Shown: positions 8,358-17,537 of the stretch, piece after piece
How the letters are laid out: each line of letters begins with the position of its first letter
How positions within the stretch are numbered: position 1 is the stretch's first letter
Assembly: GCA_045536305.1 (NCBI GenBank)
Contig: JAZSNH010000029.1
Location: 56,225-120,224 of the forward strand
Reading direction: 5' to 3'
DNA length: 64,000 nucleotides
Source: Acutalibacteraceae bacterium
Lineage (GTDB): Bacteria > Bacillota > Clostridia > Oscillospirales > Acutalibacteraceae
The notes under the pieces: generated by a model
Told to the model about the DNA's origin: nothing
What the model saw: the letters and a program-made list of their open reading frames with translations, nothing else
Databases searched by the model: none
Made by a program: the position numbers and the translations under genes

Positions 8358-8858
8358 TTATAGTTTTATTTCCATTTCAAACGCCTTCCAATTCTCTTTT
8401 GCTATCTCTGCTTCATAAGTGCCATTGGGAACAGGAGAAAAGCCTGCTTTTTCGTAGCATCTTATGGCGGAAGGGTTATTTTCAAAGACCCCGAGAGATA
8501 TGCGGTTCACCTTCAGATAGTCACGGCAGAAGGAAATGGCAAGCTTTAACATTTCGCCGCCCAGATTCTGTCCTCTTCGTGCGGAATCAACAGCGATAAA
8601 GCCGAGACGGGCATCGGTCATTTCTTCATCGGTAAAGCGTATGATAAAATGACCTGCCGCACCCTGCTCATCATACGCTGTAAATGGCATAGCACCACCG
8701 TTTTGCTCATCGTCGGAGTAGTAGGCGCAGAGTCTTTCGGCGGTAAGAGGAAAGGCGCCGAATCTGCCTGCGCTCCACCTATAGAACGATAGACTGTTAT
8801 CAAACCATAAAACTATTTTCTCTGCGTCGCTTCGTATAAAAGGGCGTAGTCTGAGCAT
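8358..8858 (-). CDS. GNAT family N-acetyltransferase
   Basis: 166 aa. GFIAVDSARRGQNLGGEMLK contains the R/Q-x-x-G-x-G/A acetyl-CoA motif, and the length and layout are typical of GNAT proteins. Confidence 0.75.
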   Translation of the reverse strand: MLRLRPFIRSDAEKIVLWFDNSLSFYRWSAGRFGAFPLTAERLCAYYSDDEQNGGAMPFTAYDEQGAAGHFIIRFTDEEMTDARLGFIAVDSARRGQNLGGEMLKLAISFCRDYLKVNRISLGVFENNPSAIRCYEKAGFSPVPNGTYEAEIAKENWKAFEMEIKL

Positions 8859-8861
8859 AGC

Positions 8862-9521
8862 TTAGTCTCCTTTTATAGCTTTTTTAACCGCCTTGACGGA
8901 TTCCATGCCTGAAAGCACCACTACCTTGTCCCCTTCGAGTATCTGAGTGCCGCCTCGGGGGATAATTGTCTCTCTGCCTCGCACTATTGACACGATAAGA
9001 GAGGAACGGGGAAGCTCGACATTGACAATTGCCTTGCCGCAGACGGGAGCGCCGCTGTCTATGACATATTCATATATTCCTGCATCGCCGTGGTTGAGGG
9101 TCGCAACAAGATATGCACTTGCGGAATCTGCTTCCTGTTCTATAACTCGGGTAATAATTTCGGAGTCGCAGAGCACGAAATCAACGCCGAGACGCTTGAG
9201 CACCTCCACGTTGCCCGGATTGTTCGAGCGTGCAATGGTTTTTGGAACATTGAAGGTTCGCTTTGCAAACTGACAGGCGATCAAATTGTCTTCATCCCTG
9301 CCTGTTACGGCGATAAATACCTGTGCTTCTTCGGTTCTTGCATGTTTTAAGCTTTTTATTTCCGTAGCGTTGCCGAAAATAACAGGCTCGTCAAGACGGG
9401 TGCTGATGTCTGTTGCACGATCCATGGATATTTCGATAAGGCTTACCTCATGACCTCTTGAAAGCATGGTTTTTGCAAGATAGTAGCCTAAATCTCCGCC
9501 GCCTGCGATTACTATTTTCAT
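8862..9521 (-). CDS. TrkA/KtrA-type potassium-uptake regulatory protein (RCK: TrkA_N + TrkA_C)
   Basis: ORF track 8862..9581. The ATG at 9521 gives MKIVIAGGGDLGYYLAK (Rossmann GxGxxG), with a C-terminal TrkA_C-like fold (GKAIVNVELP...ILEGDKVVVL). Confidence 0.85.
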   Translation of the reverse strand: MKIVIAGGGDLGYYLAKTMLSRGHEVSLIEISMDRATDISTRLDEPVIFGNATEIKSLKHARTEEAQVFIAVTGRDEDNLIACQFAKRTFNVPKTIARSNNPGNVEVLKRLGVDFVLCDSEIITRVIEQEADSASAYLVATLNHGDAGIYEYVIDSGAPVCGKAIVNVELPRSSLIVSIVRGRETIIPRGGTQILEGDKVVVLSGMESVKAVKKAIKGD

Positions 9522-9796
9522 ATCGGACCATCTCCGCTCATTTTTTATATACATTATATACTGCAAAGGTAAGATAGTCAAATGGGCGAGGCGGCACGCT
9601 TTTTAAGAGACAGCCTCTTATAAAGTATAAAATTGCGCTTTTTCTGCGGCGGTGTGTAATTTTTATTTAAAATTTCGGAAGAGGACAAGGAACAGAAATA
9701 AAAGAAAAAACGCATAAAATCAAGCCTTTTTTCTGTATTGCCCTATGTATATTCAAGTAAAGTTTTTCAGTTCACGAATTATTTAAACTCAACATA

Positions 9797-9825
9797 TTGA
9801 CAATAATGTAAAAAGGTGGTAACCT
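9797..9825 (+). promoter_or_regulatory. hrcA operon promoter candidate
   Basis: TTGACA (9797-9802), 17-nt spacer, TGgTAACCT (9817-9825), immediately upstream of the CIRCE operators. The -10 is weak. Confidence 0.35.
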
Positions 9826-9835
9826 AATATTGAAA

Positions 9836-9862
9836 TTAGCACTCGGATACAGAGAGTGCTAA
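9836..9862 (+). promoter_or_regulatory. CIRCE operator 1 (HrcA binding site)
   Basis: TTAGCACTC-GGATACAGA-GAGTGCTAA is a perfect match to the TTAGCACTC-N9-GAGTGCTAA consensus. Confidence 0.95.
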
Positions 9863-9864
9863 TT

Positions 9865-9891
9865 ATAGCACTCAAAAGAATTGAGTGCTAA
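9865..9891 (+). promoter_or_regulatory. CIRCE operator 2 (HrcA binding site)
   Basis: ATAGCACTC-AAAAGAATT-GAGTGCTAA has one mismatch to the consensus and starts 2 nt after operator 1. Confidence 0.85.
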
Positions 9892-9933
9892 ACCGATACA
9901 GTCAGAATTGCCCGACAAAAGAAGGTGGTATCA

Positions 9934-10968
9934 GTGAAACAGGGACAGAGAAAGTATAAAATACTTGAGGCCATCGTAGATTCTTATGTAATAACAGGTG
10001 AGCCGATAGGCTCAAAGACCCTTGCGCAGATACTGCCGATAGATGTATCAAGTGCCACGATACGAAACGATATGGCAGATCTGACAAGCAGCGGTTATCT
10101 CGAACAGCCTCATACATCGGCAGGCAGAATACCATCACAGAGGGGCTACAGATTATATGTAGATCAGCTTATGTGGAAGCGCAACCTTGCAGAGGAAGCG
10201 CAGCAGCATATAATCCGTGATCTTGCTGCCAGCGGCTGCAATCCCGAAAGATTTATCGAATCCACAGCTTCGATGCTGGCAGAACAGACAGGCATGGCGG
10301 CAATAATAACCTCCCCTGCCGACAGCAGTGCCTGCGTCGCAGGCGTGGAGGTAATGGCAACGGGGCGCCACTCCATTGTTCTTATCATGATGATAACGCC
10401 CTCTGTCATGACAAGCCGTATATGCCGACTGTCATTTGACGTTGACAATGTGGCGGTTGCACTGATAAGGCATCTGATGCAGAAGCATGTGCTCGGCATG
10501 AAGCTTTCGGAGCTGACAGACGAGTATATGAAAAGAATAAGCGCAGAAGCCGGAGAAGCCGGAGAAGCTCTTTCGCCGGTTTACGAAGCAGTGACCGATA
10601 TCGCCGCCGAATCGCAGAGAGTCAAGCTTACCGTGGCAGGGCTGACAAACCTCATAGATCGTGACGACTTGCCCTTTGACGAGGCAAAAGAGGTGCTGGC
10701 CTTCCTTAAAAACAGCGATGAGCTGATAGCTCTGCTGACCTCGACAGGCTCTTCGACAACAAAGGTGCTTATAGGCAGAGAGATCAAAAAGCCCGCTCTT
10801 TCACAGATAAGCATCATTACCTCGCGATATTATTCGGGAGTGGGTGCCGCAGGCTGGGCAGGTGTTATAGGGCCTACAAGAATGAACTATGCAAGCCTTA
10901 TTCCCCATGTGGAGTATTTTGCCGGAATAGTCGGACGTGTAATGCGCGAAGCGCTTTGCATAAACTAA
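9934..10968 (+). CDS. hrcA: heat-inducible transcription repressor HrcA
   Basis: ORF track 9925..10968. GTG 9934 is 5 nt after the GAAGGTGG RBS. The N-terminal RKYKILEAIVDSYVITGEPIGSKTLA winged helix is typical of HrcA, and the gene heads the grpE-dnaK-dnaJ operon behind CIRCE. Confidence 0.9.
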   Translation: MKQGQRKYKILEAIVDSYVITGEPIGSKTLAQILPIDVSSATIRNDMADLTSSGYLEQPHTSAGRIPSQRGYRLYVDQLMWKRNLAEEAQQHIIRDLAASGCNPERFIESTASMLAEQTGMAAIITSPADSSACVAGVEVMATGRHSIVLIMMITPSVMTSRICRLSFDVDNVAVALIRHLMQKHVLGMKLSELTDEYMKRISAEAGEAGEALSPVYEAVTDIAAESQRVKLTVAGLTNLIDRDDLPFDEAKEVLAFLKNSDELIALLTSTGSSTTKVLIGREIKKPALSQISIITSRYYSGVGAAGWAGVIGPTRMNYASLIPHVEYFAGIVGRVMREALCIN

Positions 10969-11009
10969 GTTTAAATTTCCAAATTTAATATAATGAAAGG
11001 AGCATTATA

Positions 11010-11540
11010 ATGGCGGAAAACGAAAAGGACCTCTTCGAGGAACAGTTTGATGAGATCGAAGAGGAAACTGTACAGGAGGCAATTGAGGAGGAATGTGAAG
11101 AAGAACCCTCAGAGCTTGAAATTGAGCTTGCAGAAGCAAAGGACAGATACCTGCGTGTTGTTGCAGAGTACGAAAACTACCGCAAGCGCACCGCTCGCGA
11201 GAAGGACGCGCTCTATGTCGATGTCACGGCAGGCAGCGTAAAGACCCTTCTCCCCATTATCGACAACATCGAGCGCGCTCTTGCCGCTGAGAATGTTTCT
11301 GTCGATGACATGAGAAAAGGCTTTGAAATGATCCTTAACGGCGCAGGCGACTGCTTCGGAAAGCTCGGCGTTACCTCATTCGGTGCTGTCGGCGATGTAT
11401 TTGATGCAAATATTCACGACTGTATCGGTATGAGCGAAGAGGGCGATGTCGAGTCAGGACAGATATGCATGGTCCTTCAGAAGGGCTATGCTATGGGTCA
11501 GAAAATTATAAGAACCGCTATGGTCCAAGTTAAAGCGTAG
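11010..11540 (+). CDS. grpE: nucleotide exchange factor GrpE
   Basis: 176 aa. Acidic N-terminus, then DRYLRVVAEYENYRKR, the GrpE signature. The operon context agrees. Confidence 0.95.
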   Translation: MAENEKDLFEEQFDEIEEETVQEAIEEECEEEPSELEIELAEAKDRYLRVVAEYENYRKRTAREKDALYVDVTAGSVKTLLPIIDNIERALAAENVSVDDMRKGFEMILNGAGDCFGKLGVTSFGAVGDVFDANIHDCIGMSEEGDVESGQICMVLQKGYAMGQKIIRTAMVQVKA

Positions 11541-11597
11541 CTTTTACTTGGAGTTAAAACGAAAATTTATTTTTACCATATAAAGGAGTAATGACAA

Positions 11598-13388
11598 ATG
11601 AGCAAAATTATCGGTATTGACCTTGGTACCACCAATTCCTGCGTAGCTGTTGTAGAAGGCGGCGAGCCTGTTGTTATCACAAACAGCGAAGGCACAAGAA
11701 CCACACCCTCTGTTGTAGCATTTTCAAGAGACGGCGAGAGAATGGTCGGCGCAGTTGCAAAGCGTCAGGCTATCACCAACCCCGACAGAACCATTTCCTC
11801 CATCAAGAGAGATATGGGTACTGACAGAAAGGTTACCATCGACAATAAGGGCTACACCCCGCAGGAGATTTCCGCAATGATCCTCCAGAAGCTGAAGAAG
11901 GACGCTGAGGCATACCTCGGAGAGTCCGTTTCCGCTGCTGTTATCACCGTTCCCGCATACTTCACCGACGCACAGCGTCAGGCAACCAAGGATGCAGGCA
12001 AGATCGCAGGTCTCGATGTTAAGAGAATCATCAACGAGCCTACCGCTGCAGCCCTCTCCTATGCTATCGATAAGGAAAATGAGCAGACCGTTATGGTTTA
12101 CGACCTTGGCGGAGGTACATTCGACGTATCCATCATCGAGATGGGCGACGGTGTTCAGGAAGTTAAGGCTACCGCCGGTAACAACCGTCTCGGCGGCGAT
12201 GACTTCGACCAGAGAATTATTGATTACATCTGCGACGATTTCAAGAAGAACAACGGCGTAGACCTCAAGAATGACAAGATGGCTATGCAGAGACTCAAGG
12301 ATGCTGCTGAGAAGGCAAAGTGTGAGCTTTCCACTGTTACCACCACTCAGATCAACCTCCCCTTCATTGCTGCTACCACCTCCGGCCAGCTCCACCTCGA
12401 TATGACCCTGACCCGCGCTAAGTTCAATGAACTCACCAGTGACCTCGTAGAGAAGACCATGGGTCCTGTTCGTCAGGCACTTTCCGATTCCGGTCTGTCT
12501 GTCGGCGATATCGACAAGGTTCTCCTCGTCGGCGGTTCCACCAGAATCCCCGCTGTTCAGGAGGCAGTTTATAAGTTCACAGGCAAGGAACCTTTCAAGG
12601 GCATCAACCCCGATGAGTGCGTAGCTCTCGGTGCTGCAATTCAGGGCGGCGTTCTCGGCGGCGACGTTCAGAACGGTCTCCTCCTTCTCGACGTAACTCC
12701 CCTCTCCCTCGGTATCGAGACTATGGGCGAGGTTTGCACCAAGATCATCGAGAGAAATACCACCATCCCCACCAAGAAGTCTCAGGTATTTACCACCGCT
12801 GCCGACAACCAGACCTCTGTTGAGGTTAAGGTTCTCCAGGGCGAGCGTGAGTTCTCAAGAGACAACAAGCTCCTCGGTGTTTTCCACCTCGACGGCATCA
12901 TGCCTGCACGCCGCGGTGTTCCTCAGATCGAGGTAACATTTGATATCGACGCAAACGGTATCGTAAATGTTTCCGCACGCGATAAGGGCACAGGCAAGGA
13001 GCAGCATGTCACCATCACAAGCTCCACCTCCATGGACAAGAAGGATATCGAGGCTGCTGTTGCCGATGCAGAGCGTTATGCTGCTGAGGACTCCAAGAGA
13101 CGTGAGCTCGTTGATGCAAAGAACAATGCAGATCAGGTCATCTATCAGACCGAGAAGATGCTCGAAGAGATCGGCGATAAGGTTACTTCCAATGAGAAGT
13201 CCGACATCGAGGCAAAGATCGCAGCACTGCGTACCGCTAAGGACGGCGACAACGCAGAGGTCATCAAGTCCAAGCTCAACGATCTCCAGCAGGATCTTTA
13301 CATGCTCAGCGAGCGTATGTACAAGGCTGCAGGCGATGCAGGCGCAGCTCCCGGCGGAAATGATATCCCCGATGTTGACGAAAACTAA
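11598..13388 (+). CDS. dnaK: molecular chaperone DnaK (Hsp70)
   Basis: 596 aa. [24 protein letters not shown] and [13 protein letters not shown] are Hsp70 signatures. Confidence 0.98.
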   Translation: MSKIIGIDLGTTNSCVAVVEGGEPVVITNSEGTRTTPSVVAFSRDGERMVGAVAKRQAITNPDRTISSIKRDMGTDRKVTIDNKGYTPQEISAMILQKLKKDAEAYLGESVSAAVITVPAYFTDAQRQATKDAGKIAGLDVKRIINEPTAAALSYAIDKENEQTVMVYDLGGGTFDVSIIEMGDGVQEVKATAGNNRLGGDDFDQRIIDYICDDFKKNNGVDLKNDKMAMQRLKDAAEKAKCELSTVTTTQINLPFIAATTSGQLHLDMTLTRAKFNELTSDLVEKTMGPVRQALSDSGLSVGDIDKVLLVGGSTRIPAVQEAVYKFTGKEPFKGINPDECVALGAAIQGGVLGGDVQNGLLLLDVTPLSLGIETMGEVCTKIIERNTTIPTKKSQVFTTAADNQTSVEVKVLQGEREFSRDNKLLGVFHLDGIMPARRGVPQIEVTFDIDANGIVNVSARDKGTGKEQHVTITSSTSMDKKDIEAAVADAERYAAEDSKRRELVDAKNNADQVIYQTEKMLEEIGDKVTSNEKSDIEAKIAALRTAKDGDNAEVIKSKLNDLQQDLYMLSERMYKAAGDAGAAPGGNDIPDVDEN

Positions 13389-13404
13389 GGTATAATTAAA
13401 TAAA

Positions 13405-13441
13405 GCACTGCCGTACACAGTGCCACTGTGTACGGCAGTGC
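13405..13441 (+). terminator. strong stem-loop after dnaK (attenuating terminator or processing site candidate)
   Basis: GCACTGCCGTACACAGT-gcc-ACTGTGTACGGCAGTGC forms a 17-bp perfect stem 17 nt after the dnaK stop. There is no downstream T-run on the + strand. Confidence 0.5.
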
Positions 13442-13449
13442 TGTGAAAC

Positions 13450-13790
13450 AAGCAAAAACGCGAGGATTTGCAATTTCGAGAACGTGACGGGAAACCGCGA
13501 GGGGTTCCCCTACGAAAAACGCGAAAATCATAGGACGAAAAACACGAGAAATCGTAAAAAATAATTCTACATTTCAAAACAAACAAGGTTTAGGTCAAGC
13601 CTTTTTCCAAAGGCTTGCAGGGTTTTCAGGGACAGAGTCCCTGAATCGTCCTCCGCAGAGGACGAAAGCCTTCTGCGAAAAAACCGCAGGAAGGGAGCAA
13701 AAACAGTCCGGTGGACTGTTTTTGTGTGGGAAACCCTCGGCGGGGGTTTCCCGTATCGTTCGCCTGTGCGAACGATTTTATACTACAACA
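13450..13790. repeat. array of short GC-rich stem-loops and AAAAC(G/A)CGA(G/A) direct motifs in the dnaK-dnaJ spacer
   Basis: Hairpins at about 13596-13617 (9 bp), 13627-13643 (7 bp), 13647-13664 (7 bp), 13669-13694 (9 bp with a bulge), 13704-13718 (6 bp), 13728-13752 (9 bp, GGGAAACCC/GGGTTTCCC; degenerate copy 13489-13510) and 13755-13776 (9 bp). Confidence 0.7.
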
Positions 13791-13821
13791 CCGCACATTT
13801 CCACCAATGGGGGTACGACCT

Positions 13822-14928
13822 TTGGCAGACAACAAAAGAGATTACTATGAAGTGCTTGAATTACAGAAGGGCGCTTCTGACAACGACATAAAAAAATCAT
13901 ACCGCAACCTGGCACGTAAATACCACCCTGATATGAACCCCGGCAACAAGGAAGCCGAGGATAAGTTCAAGGAAATAAACGAGGCTTATGAGGTTCTTTC
14001 CGACCCCGAAAAGAAGTCGCGCTACGATCAGTTTGGCCATGCAGGTGTCGATCCCAACTTCGGCGCAGGAGCAGGCGGCTACGGCGGCGGATTCGGCGAC
14101 TTTGGCTTCGGAGATCTGGGAGATATTCTGGGCAGCTTCTTCGGCGGCGGATTCGGCGGCGGAACACGTTCTTCTCAGGCGAACGGCCCGAGAAGAGGTG
14201 AAGACATACAGAAAACTATAATTCTATCCTTCGAGGAAGCCGCAAAGGGTTGTACCAAGGAGATAGACTTTAAGCGTATCGAAACGTGTACAGACTGCAA
14301 GGGCACGGGTGCAAAGGACGGTACCAGCACCAGCCGATGCCCCGAATGCGGCGGCAGCGGCTATGTACGCATAAATCAGCGTACACCCTTTGGCACTATG
14401 CAGACACAGCGTACCTGTGACAAGTGCCGCGGAAAGGGCACCATTATAGAACAGCCCTGTGCAAAATGCGGCGGCGCAGGCAGATGCAGAGTGGGACGCA
14501 CAAAAACCATCGATATACCTGCAGGTATTGACGACGGACAGACACTTACCGTTCGCGGTGAGGGCTGTGCAGGTGCAAATAACGGTCCCTCCGGCGATCT
14601 GCTGCTTACCGTCACCATTCGTCCTCACCACATTCTCGAGCGCGACGGATACGATGTTTACTGTACCGTACAGCTTTCCTTCTGGCAGGCCGCACTGGGT
14701 GATGAGATAAGCGTATTTACGCTTGACGGGCAGCAGAAGATAAAAGTGCCGTCAGGCACTCAGCCCGGTGATTCCATGACATTAAAGGGCAAGGGCATTG
14801 CAAGACTCCACGGCAGAGGCCGCGGAGATCAAATAGTCCGCTTTACCGTTAATGTTCCGAAAAAGCTCTCTTCCGAGCAGAAGAAAGAGCTTGAAAGAAT
14901 GAAGAGCCTTTTTGAAAGCAAGAAATAA
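13822..14928 (+). CDS. dnaJ: molecular chaperone DnaJ
   Basis: ORF track 13711..14928. TTG 13822 sits 7 nt after GGGGGT and gives (M)[11 protein letters not shown]; ATG 13807 is the alternative. It has a J-domain with KYHPD, a G/F-rich region and four CxxCxGxG zinc-finger repeats. Confidence 0.95.
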   Translation: MADNKRDYYEVLELQKGASDNDIKKSYRNLARKYHPDMNPGNKEAEDKFKEINEAYEVLSDPEKKSRYDQFGHAGVDPNFGAGAGGYGGGFGDFGFGDLGDILGSFFGGGFGGGTRSSQANGPRRGEDIQKTIILSFEEAAKGCTKEIDFKRIETCTDCKGTGAKDGTSTSRCPECGGSGYVRINQRTPFGTMQTQRTCDKCRGKGTIIEQPCAKCGGAGRCRVGRTKTIDIPAGIDDGQTLTVRGEGCAGANNGPSGDLLLTVTIRPHHILERDGYDVYCTVQLSFWQAALGDEISVFTLDGQQKIKVPSGTQPGDSMTLKGKGIARLHGRGRGDQIVRFTVNVPKKLSSEQKKELERMKSLFESKK

Positions 14929-14932
14929 AGAT

Positions 14933-14967
14933 AAAAGCGTGCGGTGTTACCGCACGCTTTTGCTTTT
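14933..14967 (+). terminator. intrinsic terminator of the dnaK operon
   Basis: AGCGTGCGG-tgtta-CCGCACGCT followed by TTTTGCTTTT, 5 nt after the dnaJ stop. Confidence 0.8.
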
Positions 14968-15086
14968 CCAAAAGTCCACTCGAGGATTTTCTTGTCATGA
15001 GAAATGTGCAGGCACGTATCTTGGGGAGCTGTCAGCAAGGCCGACCTGGGTATAGTCTAAAACCGCATAAACATACTGTTTTTAAT

Positions 15087-15140
15087 TCTCTCCCTCCGTC
15101 TTTGCCTTGCGGCAAAGCCACCTCCCTCGTTAGAGGGAGG
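15087..15140. repeat. intergenic repeat module (double hairpin; copy of 8173-8226)
   Basis: TCTCTCCCTCCGTCTTTGCCTTGCGGCAAAGCCACCTCCCTCGTTAGAGGGAGG. Hairpins CTTTGCC-ttgc-GGCAAAG and CCTCCCTC-gtta-GAGGGAGG. 48/54 identical to 8173-8226. Confidence 0.8.
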
Positions 15141-15247
15141 TCTTAAAGAGGAACTTTGACGATACTCACAGTATAAAACAAACGAAATATAACGATAAGT
15201 ATTGCAGATTCGAGGCGCAGGACGAAAAAACTGTGGACCCTTTAAGG

Positions 15248-15277
15248 TTGACAGTCTTTGCCGTCCTGTGCTATACT
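15248..15277 (+). promoter_or_regulatory. sigma-A promoter with extended -10
   Basis: TTGACA (15248-15253), then TGcTATACT (15269-15277) with an 18-nt spacer, upstream of the ATG at 15305. Confidence 0.5.
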
Positions 15278-15304
15278 TTTCCTTACAAAAGATTAAAAGG
15301 AGAT

Positions 15305-15685
15305 ATGAGGCATGGAGTCATTGCCGTCTTTATTGTAATTGTAGTGATATGGGCAAAGAAAACTAATCAGAAGCAGGCAGAGCGTATGAAGCTGCTTTCT
15401 CAGGAGCAGTTTGATTTTATAAAGGATTCCGGCTATACGCCCTACGGCGACAAAAAGAATCTTTTCGAAACAGTTGCCGTTCTGACAAACATCAAGGAAA
15501 CAACGAGCAAAAGCGTTCCCATTGATTTTATTTTCTGGAATTGCTGTACACAGAGATATGAAATAGGCGAGAAAAACATCTCTGCTGATTTAATAGCAAG
15601 CAAGCCTCTTAAGGTCGGCGATTATGTTCGTGTCGTGTTTAAGTTTAAGAACGGCATAATTGATTCACTCAAGGACGTTTTCTGA
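15305..15685 (+). CDS. hypothetical membrane-anchored protein
   Basis: ORF track 15233..15685. ATG 15305 follows an AAAAGGAG RBS and gives MRHGVIAVFIVIVVIWAKK (one N-terminal TM helix). No recognisable domain. Confidence 0.5.
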   Translation: MRHGVIAVFIVIVVIWAKKTNQKQAERMKLLSQEQFDFIKDSGYTPYGDKKNLFETVAVLTNIKETTSKSVPIDFIFWNCCTQRYEIGEKNISADLIASKPLKVGDYVRVVFKFKNGIIDSLKDVF

Positions 15686-15728
15686 TATTGCAGCCTATCT
15701 CAGCGCAGAGCCCTGTGCTGAGAAATAT

Positions 15729-15813
15729 GCGGGTATGATGGAATTGGCAGACATGCAAGATTTAGGATCTTGTGTCGCAAGACGTGCAGGTTCGACCCCT
15801 GTTACCCGCACCA
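15729..15813 (+). tRNA. tRNA-Leu (anticodon UAG), CCA encoded
   Basis: 85-nt cloverleaf. Acceptor GCGGGTA/TACCCGC; anticodon stem CAAGA/TCTTG with loop TTTAGGA; long variable arm TGTCGCAAGACGT; T-arm GCAGG-TTCGACC-CCTGT; then A-CCA. Confidence 0.9.
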
Positions 15814-15819
15814 AGCACG

Positions 15820-15872
15820 ACAAATCCGAACCCTGTACCGATTGGTGATGGGTTCGGATTTGTTGTTTATTT
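15820..15872. terminator. bidirectional terminator (tRNA-Leu / convergent XRE-PAP2 gene)
   Basis: ACAAATCCGAACCC...GGGTTCGGATTTGT is a 14-bp stem followed by TGTTTATTT. It overlaps the stop codon (15867-15869) of the minus-strand gene. Confidence 0.7.
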
Positions 15873-16628
15873 CCAAGTTTTTCTGATAGGCAAAACGGGA
15901 GTTGACAAGCACTGCTTTTTCCTTAAGCCACAGACGCAGCGGTACATCAGCACAAGTCCTGCGCTGAGTAAAGCGCCGCCGACAATATCAGTAAACCAAT
16001 GCACACCCGAAATAAGTCTGCCAATTACCATAAAAACAATAAAAGCGATAATTGCGGAAGAAACGATTCGTTTGAGGACAGCATTCCTGATACGGGCATC
16101 AAACTGCATTATCGCAGTTGGCATCACACACATTACGAGCATAGTTGTTGATGATGGATAAGACGCTTCCAAAAAACCCTCAATCAAAACAGGTCTGTAA
16201 TTTGCGACAAACATTTCAAAGAGAATATATACTGCAATTACAACAACAAAATAAACCGTTTTCAAATATGGTGCAATTTCGGTAAGGGACAGAAGGGACA
16301 CGCCATGTATTGCTGCATTTACCTCCTGCCCAAAGAACGGCAGGAAAAAGAACATTGCAATACTGCAATCGAGCATCCCGAATACCAAATCACGAATATG
16401 TTTTTCTTTTTGCTTTGTATCTTCTTCTGCTATGGTCAGCAGTTCGTCTCCCGATAGCAGTTCATCAATCGTTACCCCAAAAAACCCGGCTATTGCTTTC
16501 AGGGAGTCTATACTGGGATATCCTCTGCCTGACTCCCATTTTGAAATTGCCGTTCGGGACACAAAAAGCGACTGGGCAAGTTCTTCTTGGGTAAGCCCCT
16601 TTTTTTCGGAGTCCTTGTAATTTTTCAT
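15867..16628 (-). CDS. XRE-family HTH domain fused to a PAP2-like integral membrane domain
   Basis: ORF track 15867..16724; ATG at 16628. The N-terminus LTQEELAQSLFVSRTAISKWESGRGYPSIDSLKAIAGFFGVTIDELL is a Cro/C1 HTH. The C-terminal multi-TM part has PAP2 motifs ANYRP, a degenerate YPSSTT in place of PSGH, and GRLISGVHWFTDIVGG. Confidence 0.7.
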   Translation of the reverse strand: MKNYKDSEKKGLTQEELAQSLFVSRTAISKWESGRGYPSIDSLKAIAGFFGVTIDELLSGDELLTIAEEDTKQKEKHIRDLVFGMLDCSIAMFFFLPFFGQEVNAAIHGVSLLSLTEIAPYLKTVYFVVVIAVYILFEMFVANYRPVLIEGFLEASYPSSTTMLVMCVMPTAIMQFDARIRNAVLKRIVSSAIIAFIVFMVIGRLISGVHWFTDIVGGALLSAGLVLMYRCVCGLRKKQCLSTPVLPIRKTWK

Positions 16629-16970
16629 AAAATTCCATAATAATTGCTCTTTCTGAAAATAGTCGATATAGGGCAAATTCCGATTTATCGATATTATAGC
16701 AGGGCAGGCATGAGAATACAACATGTTCGTGTTCGGCCTTGCTTTTGTTCAGAGACTCTTCTGACAGGCAAAATTGAGGTGTGTATATCAGTCCCCCTCA
16801 TCAGAGGTCGGCAATTTCAAAGCCGAGAGCGGCAGAGAATTTGCTTATTGCACTGCGTAAATGCAGGTGATATAATAAAGGTGACAAGCTGCGAAGGATG
16901 AATTTATCGGCATATATTTGATGATAACGGAAAACGCCGATTTAAGTTTATTTTAAAGGGAGAAATCAAT

Positions 16971-17537
16971 ATGGAAAAGGAAATGATGGTAAAGGTATGC
17001 AATAAGTGCGGAATCGTAAATTCCGAACGAGCACAGGAATGCGAAGCCTGTGCGGCCAAGCTCGACGAACCGGTCACAAGCCGTGAGGCAAAGAAGCTTA
17101 CAAAGCAGATAGAAAAGAGGAATAAAAAGATAAAGGATGCCATTACCGCCGAGAAGTTCGGCGGAATGGAGGAGGATATTCCCTATATACCCGTGACCCC
17201 TGCGCACATTGTTATAGGTGTGATAGGCTGTCTTACTGCATTGTGCATAGTGGGTATATCGATAGTGCTCGGCATAATGCGCCCCTTCGATGAAACGACT
17301 TCTCTGCTATTGGGTAATTTCGGTGTTCTTCTGATGCTTGTCATTCCCATTTGCATTTGTTTCTTTCCGAGCAAAATGTGGGCATTCAGACACGGATGGT
17401 ATCAGCTGCGCTACAAGGAAATGCCGCAGCCTTCCGATATAAATTCTGTTTTCGACCTTATCGCCTGTGCAGTTATTATTCTTGTGGGAGCTGCCGCCTT
17501 TGTTGTGCAGCTTCTGCTGATCTGCGGCGTTCTGTAA
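16971..17537 (+). CDS. zinc-ribbon domain membrane protein (function unknown)
   Basis: 188 aa. VCNKCG...CEAC zinc ribbon, a Lys-rich linker and three predicted TM helices. RBS AAAGGGAG upstream. Confidence 0.6.
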   Translation: MEKEMMVKVCNKCGIVNSERAQECEACAAKLDEPVTSREAKKLTKQIEKRNKKIKDAITAEKFGGMEEDIPYIPVTPAHIVIGVIGCLTALCIVGISIVLGIMRPFDETTSLLLGNFGVLLMLVIPICICFFPSKMWAFRHGWYQLRYKEMPQPSDINSVFDLIACAVIILVGAAAFVVQLLLICGVL

